NCBI RefSeq assembly: GCF_963921235.1
Contig: NC_086110.1
Coordinates: forward strand, 13,206,001-13,270,000
Origin: Mobula hypostoma
Lineage: Eukaryota
Length of the DNA stretch: 64,000 nucleotides
Direction of reading: 5' to 3'
The notes beneath the pieces are model-generated. The model saw nothing but the letters and a program-made list of their open reading frames with translations, did no database searches and was not told the DNA's origin. This document shows positions 39,749 through 52,220 of this stretch, one piece after another. Each line of letters begins with the position of its first letter. Position 1 is the stretch's first letter. A program made the position numbers and the translations under genes.

Positions 39749-41031
39749 AACTGAAGGAAGAGTGAGTAAGGGATTTGAAAGCTGGAGGGGGAGGGGGAGA
39801 TGCAAAATGATAGGAGAAGACCGGAGGGGGAGGGATGGAGCCGAGAGCTGGACAGGTGATAGGCAGAAGGGGATACGAGAGGATCATGGGACAGGAGGTC
39901 CGGGAAGAAAGACGGGGGGGGGTGACCCAGAGGATGGGCAAGAGTTATATTCAGAGGGACAGAGGGAGAAAAAGGAGAGTGAGAGAAAGAATGTGTGCAT
40001 TAAAAAGAGTAACAGATGGGGTACGAGGGGGAGGTGGGGCCTAGCGGAAGTTAGAGAAGTCAATGTTCATGCCATCAGGTTGGAGGCTACCCATACGGAA
40101 TATAAGGTGTTGTTCCTCCAACCTGAGTGTGGCTTCATCTTTACAGTAGAGGAGGCCGTGGATAGACATGTCAGAATGGGAATGGGATGTGGAATTAAAA
40201 TGTGTGGCCACTGGGAGATCCTGCTTTCTCTGGCGGACAGAGCGTAGATGTTCAGCAAAGCGGTCTCCCAGTCTGCGTCGGGTCTCACCAATATATAAAA
40301 CGCCACATCGGGAGCACCGGACGCAGTATATCACCCCAGTCGACGCACAGGTGAAGTGATGCCTCACCTGGAAGGACTGCTTGGGGCCCTGAATGGTGGT
40401 AAGGGAGGAAGTGTAAGGGCATGTGTAGCACTTGTTCCGCTTACACGGATAAGTGCCAGGAGGGAGATCAGTGGGGAGGGATGGGGGGGACGAATGGACA
40501 AGGGAGTTGTGTAGGGAGCGATCCCTGCGGAATGCAGAGAGAGGGGGGGGGGGAGGGAAAGATATGCTTAGTGGTGGGATCCCGTTGGAGGTGGCGGAAG
40601 TTACGGAGAATAATATGTTGGACCCGGAGGCTGGTGGGGTGGTAGGTGAGGACCAGGGGAACCCTATTCCTAGTGGGGTGGTGGGAGGATGGAGTGAGAG
40701 CAGATGTACGTGAAATGGGGGAGATGCGTTTAAGAGCAGAGTTGATAGTGGAGGAAGGGAAGCCCCTTTCTTTAAAAAATGAAGACATCTCCCTCGTCCT
40801 AGAATGAAAAGCCTCATCCTGAGAGCAGATGCGGCGGAGACGGAGGAATTGCGAGACGGGGGTGGCGTTTTTCTTCCCGGACCTCCTGTCCCATGATCCT
40901 CTCGTATCCCCTTCTGCCTATCACCTGTCCAGCTCTCGGCTCCATCCCTCCCCCTCCGGTCTTCTCCTATCATTTTGCATCTCCCCCTCCCCCTCCAGCT
41001 TTCAAATCCCTTACTCACTCTTCCTTCAGTT

Positions 41032-41067
41032 AGTCCTGACGAAGGGTCTCGGCCTGAAACGTCGACT
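41032..41067 (+). ncRNA. Minimal hammerhead ribozyme motif (Penelope type)
   Basis: Stem I AGTC/GACT, core CTGACGA, stem II AGG/CCT, GAAAC, GTC cleavage triplet. Confidence 0.75.
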
Positions 41068-44000
41068 GCGCTTCTTCCTATAGATGCTGCCTGGCCTGCT
41101 GCGTTCACCAGCAACTTTGATGTAAGTTGCTTGAATTTCCAGCATCTGCAGAATTCCTGTTATTTGCTGTAATTTCTGTTTTCGTTTTTGGAGAATTTGG
41201 GAAGTTTTTAATTCTACCAAAACAAATAAATCAGAGACAGGGTGAGAAGAGGAATAGTCCAGATAGTTGTGAGAGTCAGTAGGCTTATAGTAGACATCAG
41301 TGGATAAGCTGTCTCCAGAGACAGAGACAGAAAGATCTAGAAAGGGGAGGGAGGTGTCAGAAATGGACCAGGTAAACCTGAGGGCAGGGTGAAAGTTGGA
41401 GGCAAAGTTAATAAAGTCAACGAGTTCTGCATGCGTGCAGGAAGCAGCGCCAATGCAGTCGTCGATGTAGCGAAGGAAAAGTGGGGGACAGATACCAGAA
41501 TAGGCACGGAACATAGATTGTTCCACAAACCCAACAAAAAGGCAGGCATAGCTAGGACCCATACGGGTGCCCATAGCTACACCTTTAGTTTGGAGGAAAT
41601 GGGAGGAGCAAAAGGAGAAATTATTAAGAGTAAGGACTAATTCTGCTAGACGGAGCAGAGTGGTGGTAGAGGGGAACTGATTAGGTCTGGAATCCAAAAA
41701 GAAGCGTAGAGCTTTGAGACCTTCCTGATGGGGGATGGAAGTATATAGGGACTGGACATCCATGGTGAAAATAAAGCGGTGGGGGCCAGGGAACTTAAAA
41801 TCATCGAAAAGTTTAAGAGCGTGAGAAGTGTCACGAACATAGGTCGGAAGGGATTGAACAAGGGGTGATAAAACAGTGTCGAGGTATGCAGAAACGAGTT
41901 CGGTGGGGCAGGAGCAAGCTGAGACAATAGGTCGGCCAGGACAGGCAGGTTTGTGGATCTTGGGTAGGAGGTAGAAACGGGAAGTGCGGGGTGTGGGAAC
42001 TATAAGGTTGGTAGCAGTGGATGGGAGATCCCCTGAGCGGATAAAGTCGTTGATAGTGTGGGAGACAATGGCCTGGTGCTCCTTAGTGGGGTCACGATCG
42101 AGGGGTAAATAAGAGGAGGTATCCGCGAGTTGTCGCTGTGCCTCGGCAAGGTAGAGGTCAGTACGCCAGACTACAACAGCACAGAAATTACAGATTACCT
42201 TTTTTTTTAACTCCAAAGTAATGTTTTTTCTTAGTTATTGGCACTTTGAAACAGATCAAACACCGGTTTTAGCAGTGATTACATTTCAATTAACAAGCAT
42301 TTGAGGATTTAAATACAGTCTGGCCAATATCTGTAAGGTGTATTTTAAACTGATAACACATCTGTACTTTGTTTTACCCTAGAGTGTGATTCTCATTATT
42401 CCCTTCTATTAACCAATACGAGAATATTGCTCTCACCTCCAAAAATCAGGTTGGTATTTTTTCACATTTTTTTACTTCAATGCTTGGTCAATCTACTGTG
42501 CAATTCCTGCCCTGGTTTAACTAACCAAAGCACAACTCTTCGCAAATGTCCGAGTTATATTCTATCTGCAATTGCTTGCCCTACTTTCGCAGTTTATTGT
42601 CGCAGTTATCTTTCAGTCTAATATACCACCAATTTCGTTGCACTCCGAAATATATTACCGAAGTTAAAAGATATTTTCATCTGAATATTTTGGAGATGAC
42701 AAACAATACTAGAACTGGAACCTACCTGTTCAGTACACCACTAGTTGCAAGCGGTCATTCTTGATATCAAATTTCCACTGTCACCGTCTGACTCCCTCTA
42801 CAAAACCAACGTTGTGTTCTTGTGCTCAGGTGGCTGGTTCACCCTGGCTCCCGTGTCATCTAGTTTTCTATGGAGGCCTGCCAGACGGGACCTTGCAATT
42901 CCAGTTGCTGCACTCAGCAATTTTCTTCATCGCCTCTTCAAAACAACGCAATCAACTTTGTGAGTTGAGATTCCAAATTATATATCCATTTTACGGTCAC
43001 TATTTCAACCTTTGTCTTTCCAAATTGTGATAGATTCTCTCTCTCCAATCCCCTGCAGTATCTTTTCACGCACCGATGTTGGGATCGCCAACTTCAACTC
43101 TCCTCTTGTCCTTGCAAATCTTCTTAAATAAATGCACATTTGTCACTCTCCAATGCTGCCGTAATACAGTCCTAGTTAATGACGATACTGATATCTTTGA
43201 AGTAGGCCTTACAATTTCTCCTCTAGCTTCTCACAATGTCAAAAGATACACTTGATTAGGTGCCGTCTGTTCATCACATGGACTGTATTTTTACACCGCG
43301 AGCACCCCGTTCCCCCCACGCTTCCGTTTTTTTCATGTGCATCTGTTAGAAAATAATCCCCCCCCCCCCCACCTTAATCCCTTACGATCCCTGATTTTTA
43401 ACACAGTGATGGGAAATAATAATTTACAGCCGGGTAATTGCGATTTCTCGGTGGCTATTTCCCCATTTCCTCTTGCTTTATATTCAGAAGTTGTATCATG
43501 CTAGCTGTGTGCTCTCATGATTTCATTCAGGTGCACTATAATAGAGCTTAATCTCGGGAATTGCTTGAACCCGTTTCCTATGGATGAGGCAGATGTCCTT
43601 TCTTCGAAACATTGTTTCAATGTCCTCGTGAACCGCAATTCTCTAATCCTGTTTGCCTTGCCATTCTCTCCACCAGTATCACTTATGCATATTAGCGGCA
43701 TTTAATAGAGGGCATCGCCTTGAAATAACAGAGCAAGAATAAATGAGGTTTTCGAAGCAGGTACATCACGCAGTGCTACAAGAGAGTGTTGATTTAATCA
43801 CAAGAGTAAAGGGCATTCAAACATGCCCACTAAGAGGCAAAAAAGTGCGGTGTAGTCCACGTCCGATCATATAGAATTATGATCAATACAGACATTATTG
43901 GTTGGAAGGCATTTTCCAGTGCTGTACTTGAATTACTTAACGGTTATGATTAAACAACTTGCTCTAGCTTATATCGTTTATAAGCAGTGAATCGGGAAGG

Positions 44001-44631
44001 ACTAGAATATAGAAAACGCCCCTTGCGAATTCGGAACGGTCGTAGGGCGACATGTGGAAGTGGTAAAGGACTGAATGAGAAGGAATCTGACAGGGGAGGA
44101 TATTGGATCATTGGAGAAAATGAAGGAGGAGCAGCATCAAAGCGAGGTGAGGCGAAGAGAAGGGATAAAAAGGGACCCAGAATGGGAAATAGAAAACGAT
44201 GAAAAGTGTACGAGAGAAATTACTGAAAGTTGGAGAAATCAATGCTCATGTCAGCAGGTTGGAGGCTGTAGAGAAGGAATATAAATCCACCTATCAAGTG
44301 CCATCTCTTTACCTCCCCCTCCCCCCACTAATCACCTGCCAGTTTATGCGCCTTTCCCTCCCCTATTTCCTTTTTGTGACTTCATCCCCCTTTCTTTCCT
44401 GTCATGAAGAAGGATCTTACTCCGAAACATCGACTGTTTGTTTTTCACTATTGATGCTGCCTGACCCACTGAGCTCCGGTAGCACATTTTGGGCTTTCCT
44501 CGGGATTTCTGCAGAATTTCTTGTATCCAAGGCATCGACATAGCCTTGACCATGTGACTTCATAAATAATGATCACTTGCTTATAATATCCTATGAATTC
44601 CTAACTTTCAGGTAAACCACTCTCATTGGCA

Positions 44632-44686
44632 ATGTCGTTGGATGCAAACGTTTGGTGTTTGGCTCTTCTCGCCGCGTTTTGGCCAG
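44632..44686 (+). CDS. Gene B, leader (signal peptide) exon
   Basis: ATG...CCAG|gtacgc; MSLDANVWCLALLAAFWP, phase 1; in frame with the V exon. Confidence 0.8.
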
Positions 44687-44860
44687 GTACGCTTAATGTT
44701 TTGTGCCCAATCTACGAATCAAATATGCTATAACATTATACATTTGATACCCCCAGCAAATTTAGCTGTTGCAAATATCCATTTTTCTGCCTATTTTGTC
44801 TGTTGATTCTTTGTACAGTGTGTGCAACTGTCTTCATCATTTTCACTTATGCTTTCTCAG

Positions 44861-45166
44861 CCGCAAAAGTGACTTCGGCCAAAGTGGAACAATTCCCTCC
44901 AATCTTAAACGTCCCAATCGGTGGAAATGAATCCATGTTCTGCAAATTTCCAATATTACAAGATACTGCTGAAGTTTCGTGGTGGAAGTCGGGTCAGAAG
45001 GCACTTATAGAACCAGACAGCAGAAATCAGTTCAATGTGAAGAAAGGCAGGGGGACATTTACCCTCCTGAATGTGAGATATGCGGACGCCGGCTTGTATT
45101 ACTGTCAAGTGAAAAGTCAACAACAAATATTCGGAAATGGAAATGGCTCTCAGCTTATTGTGTTAA
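44861..45166 (+). CDS. Gene B, single-exon VJ-type Ig variable domain (NKp30/NCR3-like spacing)
   Basis: gctttctcag|CC...TTAA|gtaagt; 306 nt; MFC...SWW...DAGLYYCQVKSQQQIFGNGNGSQLIVL. Confidence 0.95.
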
Positions 45167-45924
45167 GTAAGTGTCTTTATTCCTGGAAGTAGAAAATTTT
45201 CATCGCTTTGCATTTTAGCAAAAGCAAGATTGCGGAAATGTTGTGAAATGGTATTAAGATTAATGCTGGTTTAGGATTTGTGCAACTAGTATGCTTTATA
45301 CCTTTCAAAAAAGAAAAAAAATATCATTTTGGCCTTTTTTTCGGATTGTTCTGTTTATTACTTCGATGTGCTTCTGGAGATTGGTTTTTGCTCCACTTAT
45401 TATTTGGACCGTTACTATTTCCAACCATATCTTTGTTATGCCTATATTCCTACACAACGCCCCACCCTGTGCCGCCTTGACCTATTGCTCAACGAGCCCT
45501 AACAACTTTAAACAATCAAAAGCTTTAAACAGCGGATGAACTGAACCACTGAATTTTTAGACGACGAGTTTGATTCGGGTTAGCTCATTCGATATAGGGA
45601 GCTGTGGACAAGTTGCGTTGAAAGCAAATCACAAGCCAACGAAGTCAAAGCGAAGCATTGTCGAGGTTAAACGACATTCGCCCATTCTTCATCCCGCTTT
45701 TATACATATCGACGTATTTCGCCGATTTCGTTCCAGTAATTGCTTAAACGCATAGCTACAAATATTTATAAGTAATTAATAAACATCGTTCAGTCTGCCA
45801 AACACTCGAAGAACTTTTGCGGAACGGTGAACATCGAAACACCGTAATCAACGGTTCGGTAAATTCACTGAGGAACATATTCACCTTCCATCTGAAGCCC
45901 AAAAGCAAACAAAGCCACTTCATT

Positions 45925-46710
45925 AATATAACCATGTAACCATATAACAATTACAGCAAGGAAACAGGCCATCTCGGCCCTTCTAGTCCGTGCCGAACTC
46001 TTACTCTCACCTAGTCCCATCAACCTGCACGCAGCCCATATCCTCCATTCCTTTCCTGTCCATATAGCTGTCCAATTTAACTTTAAACAACACCGAAACT
46101 GCCTCAAAAACTTCTGGTGGAAGCTCGTTCCACACGGCTACCACTCTCTAAGTAAAGTAGTTACCCCTCATGTTACCCCTAAACTTTTGCCCTTTAACTC
46201 TGAACTCATGTCCTCTTGTTCGAATCTCCCCCACTCTCAATGGAAAAAGCCTATCCACGTCAACTCTATCTATCTCCCTCATAATTTTAAATACCTCTAT
46301 CAAGTCCCCCACCCCCCGCCTCAACCTTCTACGTTCCAAAGAATAAAGATCCAACTTGTTCAACCTTTCTCTGTAACTTAGGTGAAAATTCTAATAATTT
46401 TGCTCTGTACTCTCTCTATTCTGTTGACAACTTTCCTATAATTCGGTAATCAAAACTGTACACAACACTCCAAATTTGGCCTCACCAATGCCTTGAATAA
46501 TTTCAACATTACATCCCAACTCCTATACTCAATGCTCTGATTAATAAAGGCCAGCATACCAAAAGCTTTCTTCACCACCCTATCCACATGTGATTCCACC
46601 TTCAGCGAGCTATACACTATTCCTAGAATCCTCTGTTCTATTGCATTCTTCAATGCCCTACCATTTACCATGCATGTCCTATTTTGATTAATCCTGCCAA
46701 AATGTAACAA
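45925..46710 (-). mobile_element. CR1 3' fragment in the V-C1 intron
   Basis: Minus ORFs LYSLERRRL and KAFGMLAFI. Confidence 0.85.
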
Positions 46711-47139
46711 TAACGGGACGTATGTGTAAAACCTCTACAGTGAGAAACAAAGCTTGCTCCGTCTGCTGCTCCACAATGCCGATCCCATTGAAACCAGCAT
46801 AGTTATGCAGATTCACTGACTCTCATTTTGCGTTAATACAAAATTGAGCAATGAAGAGGCAGAAGTTGGAACAAATATTGTCTGTTTGAAGAAGAAATGA
46901 AGTCAATCCCAGCACGCGCTAAGTCTGCCGCGTTCATTCCAAACAGCTGTGCGTTCCCCACCTGACACCAGCACATCTATGTTGTCATGTTTATTTGCCT
47001 ACTGAAACAATTAATAACTGACAAATTCATGCGATTTCAAACCACCGCAATGATAGCATTGAGAGTGGTAGCTTAAAACAGAGAATACGTTCGATCAAAT
47101 AATAGCTAAATATTCTACGTCGGTGTTATTATTTTGTAG

Positions 47140-47436
47140 CTCCGCCGACTCCTCTGAAAATCATTCGTGTTGAAGAAGGATCACCTAAATCCCGGAAACT
47201 CATGTGTAAAACTGCAGCATTTTATCCTAAGAAATTAGACGTCTTTTGGCGAAAGAATAATATGGAAATTCTCACCAAAATAGAAACGTCAATACATGAG
47301 ATTTCAGAAGGATTTTATGAGGCTTCCAGTACTTTGGAAGATGCGCAGCCTGCTCAGGGAAAAATGGTTTACACCTGTCTGGTAACTCACGAAACGCTCC
47401 AAGTTCCTGCCAGTTTCAGCTATATTATCGAAGAAG
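47140..47436 (+). CDS. Gene B, Ig C1-set domain exon
   Basis: attttgtag|CT...GAAG|gtaaga; 297 nt; PPTPLKII...CKTAAFYPKKLDVFW...VYTCLVTHETLQVPASFSYIIEE. Confidence 0.95.
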
Positions 47437-47629
47437 GTAAGACCAGAAGCATTTAAAGCAAACTTCGACCTGTATGAGAATATGCCTGGAGAGCTGTAAA
47501 AACACGAGAAAGAAAATGTGAAATCTCACTTTTTTTCAAAGGGGTAAAGTTAACGTGTGTACCATTTTTACATTATTTACAGCCTAACGCATGCAAGGAA
47601 ATGTGTGTGTCAACGACAAAGGTAGAACA

Positions 47630-50600
47630 AGGAAAGAGATCATGATGAGGGATTTTGAGCAGCTAGGGACTAACCTGAAAAGCATAATCGAAAAAAGAGG
47701 TAATGTCTAGATTACTGCCTGAGCTACGTGCAAATTGGCACAGGGTTAATAAGGTTAGACAGTTAAATGCGTAGCTCAGAAATTGGAGTGGGAGATGTGG
47801 GGTTGAATTCATGGGAATCTGGCACCAGTATTGAGGGAGCTGCTTCATTCGGACGGGCTCCACCTGAACCGTGATGGGACCTGCATCCTGGTGAATCACT
47901 TAACTAGGGTTGTGGATAGGGTTTTTAAAGTATGTAGCATGGGGGTTGGTTCATTAGATTGGAGAAGTATGGATAAAATAAAAGTGAAAAGTGTGGATAA
48001 CGATAAAGTAAAAGCAAAAGATAAAAAAGAGAAAAGTGAGGGTAGAATGCAGAAAAGTAAAGCACATAAAAGACAAAGATCACTAGATTTTAAAGGCACA
48101 ATGCCTGTAAGGGCATTTTATCTGAATGCTCGTGCTATCCGGAACAAGGAGAGTGAACTTGTGGCACAAATCAGTATAAGAGCGTATGATTTAGTGGCCT
48201 ATACAGAACCGTGGTTGCAGAATGGATATAACTGGGAATTAAATACCCAAGGATATCCGGTGATACGGGAGGATAGGCAGGAAGGTAAGGGAGGTGGGGA
48301 AGCGCCCTAAATTAAAGATGAGAGCAGGGCGATAGAGAGAGACAATATAAGATCTCAGGAGCAGAATGTTGAATCCGCCTGGGTAGAGATTAGGAATAGT
48401 AAAGTGAAAACAAACGTTGGTGGGAATTGTCTATAGGCCACCGAATAACACAATTACAGTGGCACGGGCAATAATCCGAGAAATATCAGAGACATGTAAG
48501 AATGGAATAGTAGGTATCGTGGACTTTAACTTGCACATGGATTAGGTGAATCAAGTTGGTCGAGGCAGTCTTGAGGAGGACTTGTGAGAATCGAAACATG
48601 CTAGCTTTCTTCAACAGCATGTTGCTGAACCTACAAGGGAACATGCTATCTTGCATCTAGCGCTGCGAAATGAGACAACTAAAATTACCAATCTTGTCGT
48701 TGGGGATCCTCTTGGAAAGAGTGATCACAGCATGACTTTCTTATACACATGTAGGGCGCAATAATTCGATCTAACACCAGTATATTATACCTACGAGGGC
48801 GACAACAAAAATGATGAGAGAAGAGATGTATAATGTCAATTGGGAATACAGGCTATATGGTGGGACGTTTGAAGAACAGTGGAATACTTTCCAAGAGATT
48901 CTTCACGATGCTCAATAGCAGTATATTCCAGTTAAAAGCAAGGACAGTAAGTGCGGGGAGAGCCAGCCTTGGATAATGAGGAAATTAAACGATAGACAAT
49001 AGACCATAAGTGCAGGATTAGGCCATTCGACCCTTCGAGCCAGGACCGCCATTCACTGTGATCATGGCTGATCATCCACAATCAGTATCCAATACTTGTC
49101 TTATCCCCATAACACTTTGATTCCGCTATCTTTAAGAGCTCTATCCATCTCTTTCTTGAAAGCATCCAGAGACTTGGCCTCAACAGCCTTCTGGGGCAGA
49201 GCATTCCATACATCCACCACTCTCTGGATGAAAACGTTTTCCCTGAACTCCGTTCTAAATGGCCTACCCCTTATTCTTAAACTGTGGCCTCTAGTTCTGG
49301 ACTCATCCATCAGCGGGAACATGCTTCCTGCCTCCAGCGTGTCCAATCCCTTAATAATCTTATATGTTTCAATAAGGTTCCCTCCCAGCCTTCTAAATTC
49401 CAGAGTATACAAGTCCAGTCGCTCTAATCTTTCGACATATGACAGTCCCGCCAACCCGGGAATTAACTTTGTAAACCTACGCTGCACTCTCTCAATAGCA
49501 AGAATGTCCTTCCTCAAATTTGGAGACATAAACTGCACACAGTACTCCAGGTGTGGTCTCACCAGGGCCCTGTACAGCTGCAGAGGGATCTTTGCTCCTA
49601 TACTCAATTTCCCTTGTTATGAAGGCCAGCATGCCATTAGCTTTCTTCACAGCCTGCTGTACTTGCATGCTTGCTTTCAATGACTGATGTACAAGAACAC
49701 CTAGATCTCGCTGTACTTCCCCTTTTCCTAACTTGACTCCATTTAGATAATAATCTGCCTTCCTGTTCTTACAACGAATGTGGACAACCTCATATTTATC
49801 CACATTAAACTGCATCTGCCCACTCACCCAGCCTGTCCAAGTCACCCTGCATTCTCATAACATCCTCCTCACATTTCACACTGCCAGCCAGCTTTATGTC
49901 ATCGGCAAATTTTCTTATGTTACTTTTAATTCCCTCATCTGAATCATTAATATATATTGTAAACAGCTGCGGTCCCAGCACTGAACCCTGCGGTACCCCA
50001 CTGGTCACCGCCTGCTATTCTGAAAGGGACACATTAATCGCTACTCTTTGTTTTCTGTCAGCCAGCTAATTTTCAATCCATGTCAGTACTCTGCCCCCAA
50101 TACCATGTGTCCTAATTTTGCCCACTAATCTCCTATGTGGGACTTTATCAAAGGCTTTCTAACAGTCCAGGTACATTACATACACTGGCTCTCCCATGTC
50201 GATTTTCATAGTTACATGAAGGCATCAAAGAAGGCATCAAACTAAATGCTAGTGCGTAGAAAGTGACCACGAGTAGTGGGAAACTGGAAGACTGGGAAAA
50301 CTTTAAAAAGCAACAAAGAACCACTTAGCAAGAAATGAAGAAAGGGAGGATAGATGATGAAAGTAAACCAGTATAAAATATTAAAACGGACAGTCAAAGT
50401 TTGAATAATTATATAAAGCGGTGTCCAAAGTGAACGTAGGTCCCTTGGAGGACGAGAAGGGGAATTGATATTGGATAATGAGCAATTGGCCGAGGCTTTG
50501 AATGACTATTTTGTGTCGGGTTTCACCGTGGAGGACACGCCTAACGTGCCGAAGAGAGATGCTATGGATGCAATGGGAGGTGAGAACCTCGATACAATAG

Positions 50601-52220
50601 CTATTACTTAAGAGGTAGTGCTGAGTAATCTTGTGGGTCAAAAGATGCACAAATCTCAAGGTACTGAAAGAAATAGCAGAGATTTTAGTTGTGCTATGGT
50701 GAGAATTTACCAAAATTCACTTGACTCTGGTCAGGTCCCGGCGGATTGGAAGAAGGCGAATGACATTCGCCACTGTTCAATAAAAGATGTAGAGAAAAAT
50801 CAAGTAACTATAGGCCAGTTAATTAACACCTGTAGTTGGGAAAATGCATGAAGCTGTATTTAAATAAGAAATTGCGAAGCAGCTCTGAAGAAATGGATCC
50901 ATCAGACAGACTCAGCATGGGTGAAGCAAAGGCAGGTCCTGTTTGACTGGAGCTTTTTGACGATATAACAACTGCAGTAAATAGAAGGGAGCAGATGGAC
51001 GTTATAAACTTGGATTTATAGAAGACGTTCGGTAAGGTGCCAGATAAAAGACGAATTCATGAGATAAGAATGTATGGAGTTGGGGGTGATGCATTAGCAT
51101 GGATAGAGACTCGGCCAGCAAGTAAAAAGCAGATAGTTGGGATACACGGGTGTTCCTCTGGTTAGCCAGCAGTGGTGAGCGGTGTGTCAGAGAGGGCGCA
51201 ATTATTCACGATATACGTGAATGATCTGGGAGAGGGGGCCGAGCGCACTGCATCTACGTTTTGCTGATGACACTAAATTGATTAAACAAACAAATTGTGC
51301 TGAGGATATGGACAGTCTACAGAGAGATATAGATATGTTTAGTGAGTGGGCAAGAGTCTGGCCGGTAGAGTACAATGTTGGTAAATGCGAGGTCATCTAC
51401 TTTGGAAGGAAAATGGAAGATCAGATTATTATTTAAATTGTGCAAGGTTGCAGCGTACTTCTGTGCTGGGAGTGTTTGTGCATGGATCGCAAAATGTTGG
51501 TGAGCAGTTGCAGCAGGCTATCAAGAAGGCAAATGGAATGCTGGCCTTCACTGCTGGAAGGATTGAAATTGAGAACAAGGAGGTTATGCTGCTGTCTAAG
51601 TTGCATGCCATCTTGGTCAATGTCTCCCATAAATTACATATCACTATTTAACTATTTATGGTTCTATTACTATTTATTATTTATGGAGCAACTGTAACGA
51701 AAACCAATTGCCCCCGGGATTAATAAAGTATGACTATGACTAACTGTACAGGGTACTGGTGAGGCCACATCTAGAGTACTGCGTACAGTTCTGGTGTCCT
51801 TACTTGATGAATTATATACTGGAGGCAGTGCAGAGGATGTTCACCAGATTGATTCTGGAGATGAGAGGGTTAAGCTATGAGGAGAGATTCAGTCGCCTGG
51901 GAAATTTGTTTCCACTGATAGGTGAGACTAGAACTAGGAACATCGCCTCAGATTCGGGAGAGTAACCCTAGAATGGAGATTAGGTGGAACTTATTTTCTC
52001 AAAGAGTGATTAATCTGTGGAAATCTCTGACCAATGAAGCAGTGGAGTCTACCTCACTAAATATACTAAAGACAAGGTTGGATATATTTTTGAAGAGCAG
52101 GGCAATTCAGCATTATGGGAAAGGCAGGTGGATGGAGATGAGTCCCTCATCAGATCGGCCATGATCTTATAGGCTCGATGGGCCAGATGGCCTACTGCTG
52201 TTCCTATTTGTTATGTTCTT
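47630..52220 (+). mobile_element. Degenerate long CR1, interrupted by an antisense CR1
   Basis: SDGLHLN (esterase), YLNARAIRNK and AYTEPWL (APE), FADDTK; the nested minus copy lies at ~49000-50215. Confidence 0.85.
49000..50215 (-). mobile_element. Younger CR1 3' portion nested antisense
   Basis: ORFs 49101-49607 and 49805-50008 ([16 protein letters not shown]). Confidence 0.9.

Larger units (their letters stand above)
39615..42180 (-). mobile_element. Young 5'-truncated Penelope element (RT + GIY-YIG) with internal inverted duplication
   Basis: RT ORF with LPKIHK, MDVQSLYT, GVAMG, RYIDD; EN with LYIGET; TSD ACAGAAATTACAG at 39602-39614 and 42181-42193. Confidence 0.95.

Noticed and set aside
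43402-43430. CACAGTG heptamer as a possible recombination signal sequence
   Set aside because: No ACAAAAACC-like nonamer at 12 or 23 spacing, and it is not adjacent to a V or J segment.
45167-45192. Intron read-through stops after the V and C1 exons (also 1836-1838 and 47454-47456) as secreted isoforms
   Set aside because: Early in-frame stops are expected in AT-rich introns; there is no independent evidence.
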